Virus record (IMG/VR): IMGVR_UViG_3300032285_001029
Span: 64,001 to 128,000 of that record
Reading direction: 5' to 3' (one strand)
Length of the DNA: 64,000 bases
Source of the DNA: a virus
The position numbers and the translations under genes are program-made. The stretch's first letter is position 1; every line of letters starts with the position of its first letter. This document shows positions 1 through 10,574 of this stretch, piece by piece. The notes below the pieces were generated by a model. That model worked only from the letters and a program-made list of their open reading frames with translations, was not told the DNA's origin and did not search any database.

Positions 1-32
1 AACTTAATTCTACCTAATAAAAACTCTGCCAT
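1..32 (-). CDS. 5' end of a virion structural gene running off the window (MAEFLLGRIK...), probable paralog of the 2626-aa protein
   Basis: ATG at 32-30 preceded by AAGGA SD and GGTAAATA late promoter; N-terminus resembles MAEFRISSLR of 84..7964. Confidence 0.7.
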   Translation of the reverse strand, partial: MAEFLLGRIK

Positions 33-83
33 TTTATTTTATTCCTTTGATTTAATATTTACCGTAAATCACTTTTTTTGTTT

Positions 84-3000
84 TTAACGATGGAACCAGT
101 GCTTAGTAAAATATAGCCACGATGATTCATTACCGTCTACTCCTCCAGCTGCTCCTTCAATTGACACTTTATTGGCCATTTTTACCGAACTTCCTGGAAT
201 TCCTTGTGTAACTGTGCTGGTTATAAGATTCTGACCGCCTAATACCACAGTACCTGCGCTTACTTGATTAGTCACCACATTCGATCCGCCTTGACTTAAT
301 CTATTAGCAATATATGTTCTAATAGCCTTTTGAGTGACAATAACACTGTCACTATTAGCAATTAAGGTAGGATCAGTGCTAATTTGGCTGATAACTACAC
401 TTTGACTACCTACTGCAATACCGCCTAATGTTAACGATGTTAAACCAGTTAAACCAAATTGGCTGGCACTTAGTGTTACAATACCCGTAGCCTGTTGTAC
501 TCCAAAGAAACTACCAACTTTGAAGTTACCATCTTGGTCTGTACTAGTGTAAAACACTCGTCCATAATTTATTTCAACCGTTTGATTCTGTGCTTGCAAA
601 CTAGTGTCAGCTGGAACATCTGGGTAGCCTGATTGGTATTGATCGCCATACCCTATGTTTAAGAAATCATGTCCAGTTAAGCGAACTTGACTATACTTCT
701 GTCTAATTACTACACTAATAGCATTTGTAGGAGCTAATGCTGTACTTAATGCTGGATTCAAACCAATTATAGCGGTAACATTCGGTGCTGTACTGTTATT
801 TAAAACAGTAACACTAGTAATTTTATAAATGTTACTGTTACCATTAATAACTAAATCACTACCAACGGATGGCTGGTACGTCATATTTGATAATATTAAG
901 TTATAGGAATTTTGATAATCTTCGGAATAGCCAGCACCTGAAGTTGTTATAGTTGTAGTGTTTACATTATAACCTACACCTCTGCTTAAGAATATTGGAT
1001 TTGCTAATGAGCCGTTGCCAATAAGCTGAGATGTCACTGCACTCTGTGTAGAGTTTGTATCATATAATGTTAGAGTTGGGGCTGAAGTATAACCTGATCC
1101 TGGTTCCCATGAGGTAAATCCTGTTACAATACCACTTGTTATTGTTGGTCTAGATTTAGGTTTTGCTCCTGCACTGATGTTAGTTACATAATTGTTGCCA
1201 CCTACTGTAACAAATAATCCAGTATATGAATCGTGACCTAACGTGTATGTCATTACAGGAGTTAAAATTGCTGTAGTTCCTGATAAACTATCAGTTACAA
1301 CAATAGTTGGAGTTTCTGTATATCCAACTCCAGCACCTGTTAATGAGAATCCGCTAACCTGACCGCTTGGATTAATAGTTACCGTAGCCGTTGCCTGTTG
1401 TGTTACAAAAGGACCTCCTCCTGTAAATCTCAATGTAGGTGCTACACTATAGCCCGATCCTGAACTGGTTATAGTTATACCTGTTACAGTTCCATAGTTA
1501 ACTGCAGTGTAACCAAACGCCATTGCAGTATAAGTAAACCCAGTTACAGATCTTTGTTTCCATACAATACCGTCTTCGGTGGTATATGCTAAAATATTTG
1601 CATCACGGATTGCAACAAATACACCTTGCCCGTATTCGATGCTAGTTGCCCTGACAACATACGGTGATTGGACCCATGTAATTCCATCTAAGCTATATGC
1701 AGGTTTTGCATTTGCACCTGATGATACAGCAACAAATCTGCCATTACCATAAGACACACTAGACCAAGTTGTGCTAGATGGTAAACCATTACTAGCGACC
1801 CACGTTTGTCCATCTGTACTATATGCCGATGTTGTTCCACCTGATGCAATAGCTACAAAAGTACCTGCGCCAAACGCTAAACTAGTCCAAGTTGTGCTAG
1901 ATGGTAAACTAGCAGCAGACCAAGATTGACCAAAGTTAGTGCTGTATGCAGCTTTATTACTTGACGCAGCATTATCGATTACAACAAACACACCATTACC
2001 ATATTCTACACTGCCCCAAGTTGCTTGACTAGGTAGTGTAGTTTGTCTCCAACTATCTGTTGGTAATGTTGTATAAAGAGCGGTTGAATTTCCTACACCA
2101 CCACTACTTACTAATACCCAATAACCATTGCCGTAGGCTATTCCAGTCCATGTTGCCACTACTGGAAGAGTGATTGACGACCATGTTTCTGCATCTGTTG
2201 AACCAACCAAGTAGCCTATGCCACTCGGAACACCAATCCAATAACCGTCTCCATATCCAATAGCTGTCATCCCAGCACCTTGTGTTGGAAAACTAGGCAG
2301 TGTCTGTGAGAACGAAGGAGCAGAATAAATCGGTCTTGGTTCAACGTAATACGTTGTGGTAGTGTCTAATAACGTAGCAGCAGTGGTTCCTGGAGTAATA
2401 TGATCCCACCCTGATACAACCATCTGCATACTATCGCCGGATGTCCCTACTGAAACTGCCGTTGATCCGCCTGCCGTTGATGCTAGTGTAATTGTGTTTG
2501 TTCCACCTAATGTAACAGTCTTAATATAATAAGTAGTGCCTGCCGTAATACCGGATATGTAGGATGAATTAAACAATGCTGTAGCAGATCCTTTCGATGA
2601 CACTAACAACGTCTTATTAGGAGTTGTAGTAACAGTCATCGATCCACTGCCTGTAGTTAATGTCAAATCACTACCAGTAGTTTCGACATTTAGATAACCA
2701 GTTGCTGTTGATAACGTAGCTACTGTACCTGTAGTAACTGTTTTTCCTGTCAATGTTCCTGAAGTTTGTGTTGTTAAAGTTACATCGGAACCTGTAGTGT
2801 TTACGGTTACTATAGAACTAGTATTTGCAGTGACTAATGGTAAATCACCGCCGCCTGATGTAGCACTAATCTTGATTGTAGTCGGAGTTAGTATAGCAGA
2901 AATATAGTATACAGTTCCCGAAACAATGTTACCAACAGTTTCACCGTAGAATATAATAGGATTGTTTAGTACAAAATTCAAGGAAGACAGGACAGTGATT

Positions 3001-6000
3001 ATATTAGTACCAGAAGTTGTACCAGTCATTTGTGTTGATAAAATACTTGTACTAACTGTAAATGTTGATCCTGAAGGAATCTTACTTATGTAATACTGTG
3101 TAGTTGTTGACAATCCACTACCTACTAATCCTGTACCACTAAATGTGATAGGATACAAAGGAACTAAACTAGTAGTTGTACTAGTAATATAGTTTGTTGT
3201 ACTAGCGGTTGCAGTACAAGTAATATTTAATATGGCGCTACTTGTTGCAACTTGGAATTGGGTAGAGTTAGGAATGTTAGACACATAATAAATTGTATCT
3301 ACAGATAGACCTCCCATTGTAATTCCTACAAACTTCACAGGATTACCTATAACAAATCCGCTAGTTGATGTACATGTAATTAAGTTTGCACCTACTAGTG
3401 TTGCTGAGGCTATTGTCTGATTTAATGTATTACTAATTGTAATATGTGAACTGTCAGGAATCAAACTAATATAATATTTTGTGTTTAATTGTAAGCCGCC
3501 TATCGCAGTACCTGTAAAAATAATCGGAAATAACGAAACTATGCCAGCTGTCGTTGTTACCGTTAACTGATTACTTACGGCAGTTGTTGCCGAAGCTGTA
3601 GTAGTTGTTGTACCTGACGATATTGTAAAATAATGACTATCCTTTATGTCATTAACATAATAAATTGTTCCTGCGCTAGTTCCGCCTAACGCTGCACCTG
3701 TAAACTGAATTTGCATGTTAGGTTTCATGTATGTCGTAGAATCTGCATACATGTAGCTAGTCCCGGAAACTACATTCATTATCATACTGCCAGTGCCTGT
3801 GACTAAAAATACAGGAGTTCCGTATATCGATGTCGAAACTTGGAAAGTATTTCCTGATATGTTTGTAATATAATAGGTAAAATTGTTAATAACACCGCCA
3901 TACAGTCCGCTATATTCGAACGTGACTGGCATGTTTTGATACAACTGAGTGATATTAGTAGTTGTCATTGTGTTAGTCTGACCACCCGTAACCGAAGTAA
4001 TTACAACGGTTGCTTTGGAAGTAGACGTAACTGTTGCTGAATATACTGTTGGATAGAATGATACCGGCATGTCTGTATACAACAGATTAGTATCAGCCGA
4101 ACTATCTAAATATAATTCATTTGTTGACGATGTGCTACCAGTAATTTTTACTGGATCATATGATTCTTTAGCGACGTAAGCATATCCATTCACATCATCG
4201 TAATAGGAAATTAGTCCGTATTGACCTACTCCTGTACCACTAGTTAAAAATACTCGCAAACCTAAATATGTGCTACTTGCAGCCGTTTCCGATCCGGCCA
4301 ACGTGACATACGATGTGTTTCCGCCTTGTGCATTGTTGCTGCTAGTTTTGTAACCGGCACCACCAACTTGATCTCCTGTACCTGGATCAATAATTCTACT
4401 TTGATAAACTGCACCTGATCTAATTTCATTAGCAACACTTGATACACCGCTACCTGATCCTGTTACTAGAAAGTCTGCGTATGCGCTGTATTTTTGAGTA
4501 TCAGTGCGTAGATAAAACTTAGGTGTTGTTTGATACGGATTATGTTCAATTTGTGGACCATACACATAGTTATATGCAGATACTGCAGTTGCATATCCTG
4601 CAACATAGACGTAGAAGGTACATAAATTATTAAGACCTGATACATCGTAAGTGGTGAAGTAAAGTCTATTCCAACTGTTATTACCTTTAATAATCCCAAC
4701 ATTTAACGGAGTTATTGCACCGGTTAAGGTAGTTGTATAAGTTAAAGCACTTAGATTGTAATCAATTCTTGTTGTGTTAGAACTTACTCCGCTGAATACA
4801 GTTGACAAAGAAACTGTTGATGCTGTACCGGCTTTAACATAAACACTAAATGTGTATTTTTGTTTAACTGTGTTTGGAACTGTCCCTGTTGCACTAGCAA
4901 CTGTAATTGCTCCTGAAACTGCAGTATCTACGTTAATTGTAATATCATGCAGACCTAATAATCCGCCAACTGTATTACCACTAATTAATATCTTATCGCC
5001 AGTATTGTAACCTGAGCCGCCAACTGGACTTCCTGTAATTGCACTAACTACATACCCTGCTGCTGTTACAGAGATAGTAAACGTAGCACCATTGCCTGTA
5101 CCAATAATATTAGAACCACTACGCCCTGTATAAACGTTACCTGAAGGAGTAATGTTGATTGCTTGGTAAATTGATCCAGAGTTGGCTGCTACATTAGTTT
5201 TGGTCAATTGCCATGCATATAGTCCACCAAATGGATCTGTACTATTTTGTAAGTATGTTACATATGAATCGTCGGCCCAACCAGTTGATGTTAAATTGTT
5301 ACTGTTCTTTAATAGATTAAGTACTTGCTGATTGTAAAACTTACCGTTGTTAGAAAACTGATATTTTAAAACTTGAGCACTTAGCCCTTGTACTGTTTGT
5401 AAAGTTGGAGTAACACCGTAGTATCTATTATACGTCACAGCAGTAATTGGTGTTTCGTTAACGTCAAATCCTTCGGCGATAACACCATATGTACCATATG
5501 AGCTGTTACCATTAGTAGCACGAATACGTCCACCATTTTCTGCAAAATAACCAGCATAACCAAAGTAACTGAAAATACTAACAAGTTCAGTTAATGCACC
5601 GGTATTAGTACACCATGCACCGATACCATCATTTATAATATGAGTATAGTCGTTAGCAACAATAGATTTATTACCGCCGTTATGTAAACTACCATCAATT
5701 TTTAATCCTGTGCATCCTTGACCAAATGAACTTACATTTTGAATGTAAGGAGATTTATAAGAGATCCATACAGTAGTATCAGCTGGTCCTGTTCCTGGAT
5801 CTAAACTTACAAATGCACCGCCAGTTGGACGTTGTGTGCCTAACGAGTTAGTAGTTCCTAACGTGCCTAGTAATCCAGACATTGTCATGTTGCGAATGCC
5901 GCTGCCATTTCTCACATAAAACATATTTGAAATAGCATCGCCGCCTATGACTTGAATAAGTCCACTGCCGCCGAGTAATGTCGATGCTGAACCATTTGGG

Positions 6001-7964
6001 GTTGTACTAATTTTAAATTCTGTATTTGAATCGATACTGACAACATAGTAGGTCGTTCCTACAGCTATATTACTAGTTTCAAATGGAACTAATGTCGAAG
6101 AAACATTATTATTTGAAAGTATAAACTGTATAGGTGCATTTAAGTACATGCCTGCAGTAGTGTCGCAGGTAAATTTACTTGTGGCAGCATCGGACGAAAA
6201 AACAAAAGTATTAATTACTCTACTAGGCCTGACTACAGTACTTCTTAATTCATCTCCTACTAATGCAATACTTGCTGGTACAGTTATAGGAAGTTCTTCG
6301 TTGTATGTTCCTGTTTTGATAAAAATAGTAGCAGGTGCTACAGCATTTGCACAAGCATACTTGATAGTACGCCATGGTTGATCCCATGTAACGCCAAATG
6401 TTGGAGTATCTGTTCCTGTTAACGCTACATAATAGACATTAGGACTAGTTAAGATTCTTTGCCAAGAAGGAGTAGTACCGACAGATTGTAATTGATATGT
6501 TTCAGAACCAATTGCTAATGATGTTCTATTATCTGAACCTGTGGTAGAATTATAAAATAAATCACCCTGACTGCGCAGAGCATTTTGTCTTGCATGTAAC
6601 GTATAAACAGTCCAGTAATTATGACTAGTATCTAAATCAGGCGCAGTTGGTGCGGATGAAGTATGTGGGGCTATGCACATGTAACTGGCATTTTGCCATG
6701 TAACTACATCACCAGCTGTATATGTTGTATTTGTTAGCCAGAAATTTTTATGATAAGCGCCAGGTACTAACAATGACCAGTATGTAGAATTAATTCCTGA
6801 AAATGCAATAGTTTGACCATCAGTTAATGCACCGTCAGGCGCTTTGTCTAATATTACTGTATCGGTACTGACAAGTTGCGATATTTTTTGTCCGCCGGCA
6901 AAATTAGTACTGCCGCCGGCTATAAACATACCTGCTGCTAAACTTGTATTATTAGAAAGTTTGATAGTTGTTCCGCTACTACCGGTTGCAGTGTATGTTT
7001 TTGTTATTGTAGTATTATTCGAAGGATTCTGTCCGGTATTATTTGCAATAGCTCTAAACAATCTTCCATTATAATATACGGTATCGCCTACTCTATAAGA
7101 ATAACTTTGACTCCAATTTGAGGTTATAACATTGAAACCAGGTAGTACTACAGTCCAGTTAGCAGAATTATAATCGGGATCAAATCCTAAATTATTATTA
7201 ATGCTGCTTTTCCAAATGTTACCACCGTATGAAACTAAATCATCTAATTGATATTTTGTAGAAATACTCCATGCACCTTCAAATTGTTGAGCAGGAAGCC
7301 AAAGGCTCCATTTTGCTGTTTCGAAAGTACCAATCGACGTATGATGTGTTGTACAAATATATAAATCTGAGTTTAATTTTACAACATCATTTGCTTTATA
7401 TCTTGTGCCGCTGCTAACAAAGTCGCCTTTGTAATCGATACCGTCATAAATTGAAGTCCATTTACCGATGTCTGTTTCAAGCCCGTAAGTAATGCTAACA
7501 TCGCTAGTATGAGTAGTATTACATTGATATACAATACCGCCATATCTTACTACATCGCCCACGCCGTACGCATGATTAGTTTGCCAGCTAGCATGCCATT
7601 TATATCCTTCAACTAGTAATGTAAATTTTGCTACATCTATTACAGTTGAACTAACATGATAGGTATTACAGACATAAACAGCTCCACCGTATTTTACAAC
7701 ATTACCTGGATTATATTGCTGCCCAACATCCCAATCATACTTGTATTGTGTGCCTGCAATGATTTTTTCCCAGTAGTAGAAGTCTACTGCATCAATAGTA
7801 CCTATAGTAATTAAATCAGTACTAAACACACCGGATGTATGTGCAAATTGACATACAAACGCTTGTCCTTCAAATTCTACAACTGTGTCAATAGCATAGA
7901 AAGTGTCGGTTGCCCATGATCCAACATAATTATATCTTAAACTGCTTATTCTAAACTCAGCCAT
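84..7964 (-). CDS. Giant tail fibre/adhesin-like virion protein (2626 aa)
   Basis: N-terminal tandem W-x5-Y-x2-GDVV-x-YGG-x2-Y-x-C-x3-H repeats (CBM5/12-like); pectin-lyase-like beta-helix entry (VYYVALTGTD..PWRTIKYA..GTYNEELP); many Thr-rich G..YYI..I...F.VS modules; W-x2-I/V-x-YG-x-G beta-propeller repeats. Confidence 0.8.
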   Translation of the reverse strand: MAEFRISSLRYNYVGSWATDTFYAIDTVVEFEGQAFVCQFAHTSGVFSTDLITIGTIDAVDFYYWEKIIAGTQYKYDWDVGQQYNPGNVVKYGGAVYVCNTYHVSSTVIDVAKFTLLVEGYKWHASWQTNHAYGVGDVVRYGGIVYQCNTTHTSDVSITYGLETDIGKWTSIYDGIDYKGDFVSSGTRYKANDVVKLNSDLYICTTHHTSIGTFETAKWSLWLPAQQFEGAWSISTKYQLDDLVSYGGNIWKSSINNNLGFDPDYNSANWTVVLPGFNVITSNWSQSYSYRVGDTVYYNGRLFRAIANNTGQNPSNNTTITKTYTATGSSGTTIKLSNNTSLAAGMFIAGGSTNFAGGQKISQLVSTDTVILDKAPDGALTDGQTIAFSGINSTYWSLLVPGAYHKNFWLTNTTYTAGDVVTWQNASYMCIAPHTSSAPTAPDLDTSHNYWTVYTLHARQNALRSQGDLFYNSTTGSDNRTSLAIGSETYQLQSVGTTPSWQRILTSPNVYYVALTGTDTPTFGVTWDQPWRTIKYACANAVAPATIFIKTGTYNEELPITVPASIALVGDELRSTVVRPSRVINTFVFSSDAATSKFTCDTTAGMYLNAPIQFILSNNNVSSTLVPFETSNIAVGTTYYVVSIDSNTEFKISTTPNGSASTLLGGSGLIQVIGGDAISNMFYVRNGSGIRNMTMSGLLGTLGTTNSLGTQRPTGGAFVSLDPGTGPADTTVWISYKSPYIQNVSSFGQGCTGLKIDGSLHNGGNKSIVANDYTHIINDGIGAWCTNTGALTELVSIFSYFGYAGYFAENGGRIRATNGNSSYGTYGVIAEGFDVNETPITAVTYNRYYGVTPTLQTVQGLSAQVLKYQFSNNGKFYNQQVLNLLKNSNNLTSTGWADDSYVTYLQNSTDPFGGLYAWQLTKTNVAANSGSIYQAINITPSGNVYTGRSGSNIIGTGNGATFTISVTAAGYVVSAITGSPVGGSGYNTGDKILISGNTVGGLLGLHDITINVDTAVSGAITVASATGTVPNTVKQKYTFSVYVKAGTASTVSLSTVFSGVSSNTTRIDYNLSALTYTTTLTGAITPLNVGIIKGNNSWNRLYFTTYDVSGLNNLCTFYVYVAGYATAVSAYNYVYGPQIEHNPYQTTPKFYLRTDTQKYSAYADFLVTGSGSGVSSVANEIRSGAVYQSRIIDPGTGDQVGGAGYKTSSNNAQGGNTSYVTLAGSETAASSTYLGLRVFLTSGTGVGQYGLISYYDDVNGYAYVAKESYDPVKITGSTSSTNELYLDSSADTNLLYTDMPVSFYPTVYSATVTSTSKATVVITSVTGGQTNTMTTTNITQLYQNMPVTFEYSGLYGGVINNFTYYITNISGNTFQVSTSIYGTPVFLVTGTGSMIMNVVSGTSYMYADSTTYMKPNMQIQFTGAALGGTSAGTIYYVNDIKDSHYFTISSGTTTTTASATTAVSNQLTVTTTAGIVSLFPIIFTGTAIGGLQLNTKYYISLIPDSSHITISNTLNQTIASATLVGANLITCTSTSGFVIGNPVKFVGITMGGLSVDTIYYVSNIPNSTQFQVATSSAILNITCTATASTTNYITSTTTSLVPLYPITFSGTGLVGSGLSTTTQYYISKIPSGSTFTVSTSILSTQMTGTTSGTNIITVLSSLNFVLNNPIIFYGETVGNIVSGTVYYISAILTPTTIKISATSGGGDLPLVTANTSSIVTVNTTGSDVTLTTQTSGTLTGKTVTTGTVATLSTATGYLNVETTGSDLTLTTGSGSMTVTTTPNKTLLVSSKGSATALFNSSYISGITAGTTYYIKTVTLGGTNTITLASTAGGSTAVSVGTSGDSMQMVVSGWDHITPGTTAATLLDTTTTYYVEPRPIYSAPSFSQTLPSFPTQGAGMTAIGYGDGYWIGVPSGIGYLVGSTDAETWSSITLPVVATWTGIAYGNGYWVLVSSGGVGNSTALYTTLPTDSWRQTTLPSQATWGSVEYGNGVFVVIDNAASSNKAAYSTNFGQSWSAASLPSSTTWTSLAFGAGTFVAIASGGTTSAYSTDGQTWVASNGLPSSTTWSSVSYGNGRFVAVSSGANAKPAYSLDGITWVQSPYVVRATSIEYGQGVFVAIRDANILAYTTEDGIVWKQRSVTGFTYTAMAFGYTAVNYGTVTGITITSSGSGYSVAPTLRFTGGGPFVTQQATATVTINPSGQVSGFSLTGAGVGYTETPTIVVTDSLSGTTAILTPVMTYTLGHDSYTGLFVTVGGNNYVTNISAGAKPKSRPTITSGIVTGFTSWEPGSGYTSAPTLTLYDTNSTQSAVTSQLIGNGSLANPIFLSRGVGYNVNTTTITTSGAGYSEDYQNSYNLILSNMTYQPSVGSDLVINGNSNIYKITSVTVLNNSTAPNVTAIIGLNPALSTALAPTNAISVVIRQKYSQVRLTGHDFLNIGYGDQYQSGYPDVPADTSLQAQNQTVEINYGRVFYTSTDQDGNFKVGSFFGVQQATGIVTLSASQFGLTGLTSLTLGGIAVGSQSVVISQISTDPTLIANSDSVIVTQKAIRTYIANRLSQGGSNVVTNQVSAGTVVLGGQNLITSTVTQGIPGSSVKMANKVSIEGAAGGVDGNESSWLYFTKHWFHR

Positions 7965-7979
7965 TCTATTTTCCTATGC

Positions 7980-8342
7980 TTAACTAGTATAATTGTAAGT
8001 TTGATTTATTCTTGCAACTAATTGACCTTGAGTGTTAACATAATAGTAAACACTTCTGTTGTCCCACCGCCATTGATCAAAATTCAGATTTGGATTAGGT
8101 CTGGTATGGTCAGTGTCTAATCTGCCATCTAAGAAGTCAACGCCCCATTCAAAATTGGCAAAATTATTAGCAGCTACGCCTGCTTTATTTACTGTAACTA
8201 GGTCTTGTGAGGTTAGCTGATCGAGACGTGTAAAATATAAATTTCCGCTACTGTCTCGACGCATTGCATAAAAGTATCTAGGAACTCCGTCCCCTAATAC
8301 TGTGTTTTGATCCAATAAGCCTGCATAAAATGGTGTGGCCAT
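7980..8342 (-). CDS. Hypothetical virion-associated protein (120 aa)
   Basis: Clean ORF with AGGA SD, tightly packed in the structural operon. Confidence 0.75.
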   Translation of the reverse strand: MATPFYAGLLDQNTVLGDGVPRYFYAMRRDSSGNLYFTRLDQLTSQDLVTVNKAGVAANNFANFEWGVDFLDGRLDTDHTRPNPNLNFDQWRWDNRSVYYYVNTQGQLVARINQTYNYTS

Positions 8343-8351
8343 AATCTTTCC

Positions 8352-8936
8352 TTATACGATTTCTACATAACTTACAACAGCGTCTAAACCACCGGACCCG
8401 TAACTATATACATTAATTGTAGTGCTAGTTCCTAATACCATACGCTCACCACCATTGACTAATTTTAATACTTGATTCTGAGGTATAATCATTTTATATG
8501 CATAATAAGCAGATGTATTTGAATTTGCATTATCAACTAGTTGTACGTTAACTACTTGTAAATCATCTGTACAGTTAACTAGTGCTAGACCTACAACTGT
8601 TATCTTTGCATTACTTGGACTAGTAAGTAAACTAGTAGTTTTGTTTATAATTCCTGTCATGTTGCCTCCATTGCCTGTTCCAACATTAAACGGAGGACCG
8701 CCTAGACTAGTACTTATAGTAATTTCAGTAGAACTTTCAACAGTAATAATGTAATAAGTTCCTGCAATTAAATTTCCAATAGTTGTGCCCAGTACAATAA
8801 GTTCCATTCCTACAGCTAAACCTGTAGTAGAATCAACAGTTACAATATTTCCTACTTGATTAGTATCTGTAATTGTAATTTCTAAACCAGTAGCACCGAT
8901 ATTTGAACTTAATGCATTTTTAAACGTAGTTGCCAT
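8352..8936 (-). CDS. Virion structural protein (194 aa), paralog of 12980..13297 with an inserted module
   Basis: C-terminal half (VVGLALVNCT..ERMVL..AVVSYVEI) parallels IIVCNTS..EKMVL..ATVSTL of the 105-aa protein. Confidence 0.75.
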   Translation of the reverse strand: MATTFKNALSSNIGATGLEITITDTNQVGNIVTVDSTTGLAVGMELIVLGTTIGNLIAGTYYIITVESSTEITISTSLGGPPFNVGTGNGGNMTGIINKTTSLLTSPSNAKITVVGLALVNCTDDLQVVNVQLVDNANSNTSAYYAYKMIIPQNQVLKLVNGGERMVLGTSTTINVYSYGSGGLDAVVSYVEIV

Positions 8937-8940
8937 TTTT

Positions 8941-10443
8941 TTATCCTAACATTAGTGCCGATTGGACACCGATATCTTGTAATAGTGTTGCGTCGACATT
9001 ACCTCCGCCGCCGCCTCCAGAACCACTACCAACGCCGGTCCATGCAAGCCCATTCCACACTTCCATTTGTTGGATATCTGTGTTAAAACGAGTCATACCA
9101 AGTTCATATATACTTGGTCGATCTGCATTTCCGCCTGCAGGTAATACTACACCATTTTTGCCACCAATTTTAAAGTAGCCGTCGCCGGTACCAGAAATAG
9201 TAGTTATTCCGTCTGTAACTACATTAGTGATAGTGTTGTTATAAAACCTTAAATTACCAATCTTAACTCCGGCATTTCCGCTGGTATTAAATAATAAATC
9301 ATCACCCGATGTTATAGTTGTTATAGTATTGTCGGTAATTCTAATACCGGCTGTTTCAAAAACGGATGTATAAAATTTGCCAGTATCAATGTAGGCCATT
9401 ACTACATTATTAGAATAGAATCTAATTGTATTATCTCCGGCGCCCGGATATAATTCTGGAGTTATGTAAGTATTTCCAGCAACATCCCCAACTCCGCCTA
9501 ATTGTATCCAGTAAGATCCATTGTAACCTTCATAACGAGACATCTCGCTATTATATCGTATCATACCGTAACTGGCTGGATCAGGACGTTGCAGTGTAAT
9601 ACCTACAGGAACTTTAAAGCTAGTAGTAGAATTAATAACTACGCTGCCTGTGCCTTGAGGTTGTAACACAATGTCTTGATCGGGCTGTGTGCTGCTTATT
9701 GTATTGTTGTTAACTTTTAGTTGTTCTAAAATAATACTTCCAGAACCATTTGCAGTAAGAACTATGTTTCCGTTAGTATTTGTACTGATAATACTGTTGC
9801 CGACAATACCGATATTCCCAGTGTAAAAACTAGAAGTAATAATATTATTTGCATATAAGGTATTCCAACGAAGAGTGTTAGAACCTAAACTATAGACGTT
9901 ATCCTGGCTAGGAATAATATCACTAGCTATTTCTGCTGTAAAAACTACATTGTCAGTTGTTTGATTGCCTAACTGAATATCACCATCTGCGGTAATATCG
10001 CCTGTTGCATGTAAACTACCGTTTATTAACGTATCACTTTGAACTTTAAATTGACCAGTTCCTGTAGGATTAATACTAATATCAGTGTTTGTTCCAGATA
10101 CTTCTAACGTGCTATCGTAAATATTCCAAAGTCCTACTTGTAAGCGACCTTGATATACAACAGGATTTGCACCAGACGGAGTTAAATTGATAGTTCCGCT
10201 AGTGCTTGAAATTGTGTTATTGAGAAATGTGAAACTGGATAATGTTGCTTGTGTCGTAACATTAAGATTTGTAGTTCTGGTAGTGCCGTTGACATCTAGG
10301 TCGTATTGAGGAGTTGATGTCTTAATTCCGACACGCAGATTATTAACGTCAAGATAAAGAAGGTCGTCCTCAAAGGCAAGATCTACACCATCACGAAGTA
10401 GATTCGCTTTTAAGAGCGGACCTGTAATACGACCAACAGCCAT
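8941..10443 (-). CDS. Tail-fibre-like structural protein (500 aa)
   Basis: AAGGAG SD; repeated N-T-I-S..D-I-x-L-x-P-x-G-T-G beta repeats; VLP.G...RP...GM.RFNT motifs; paralog of 10575..12176. Confidence 0.8.
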   Translation of the reverse strand: MAVGRITGPLLKANLLRDGVDLAFEDDLLYLDVNNLRVGIKTSTPQYDLDVNGTTRTTNLNVTTQATLSSFTFLNNTISSTSGTINLTPSGANPVVYQGRLQVGLWNIYDSTLEVSGTNTDISINPTGTGQFKVQSDTLINGSLHATGDITADGDIQLGNQTTDNVVFTAEIASDIIPSQDNVYSLGSNTLRWNTLYANNIITSSFYTGNIGIVGNSIISTNTNGNIVLTANGSGSIILEQLKVNNNTISSTQPDQDIVLQPQGTGSVVINSTTSFKVPVGITLQRPDPASYGMIRYNSEMSRYEGYNGSYWIQLGGVGDVAGNTYITPELYPGAGDNTIRFYSNNVVMAYIDTGKFYTSVFETAGIRITDNTITTITSGDDLLFNTSGNAGVKIGNLRFYNNTITNVVTDGITTISGTGDGYFKIGGKNGVVLPAGGNADRPSIYELGMTRFNTDIQQMEVWNGLAWTGVGSGSGGGGGGNVDATLLQDIGVQSALMLG

Positions 10444-10553
10444 CTGCTCTCCTTAATACCCCGTGTTTCACGGTTAACCACCTTGCATTGCGGGTTTACC
10501 ACAGTTTAATATCGCAAAATCTTGGTCTGATTTTTGCTGTAATATTATTTATC
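10444..10553 (-). promoter_or_regulatory. Late promoter (GATAAATA) plus ~100-nt structured 5' leader
   Basis: GATAAATA at 10553-10546; hairpins GCAAAAAUC/GAUUUUGC, UGUGG/CCGCA and CCGUG-AAA-CACGG before the AAGGAG SD. Confidence 0.65.
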
Positions 10554-10574
10554 AGAATCGGAATTTACTGTTGA

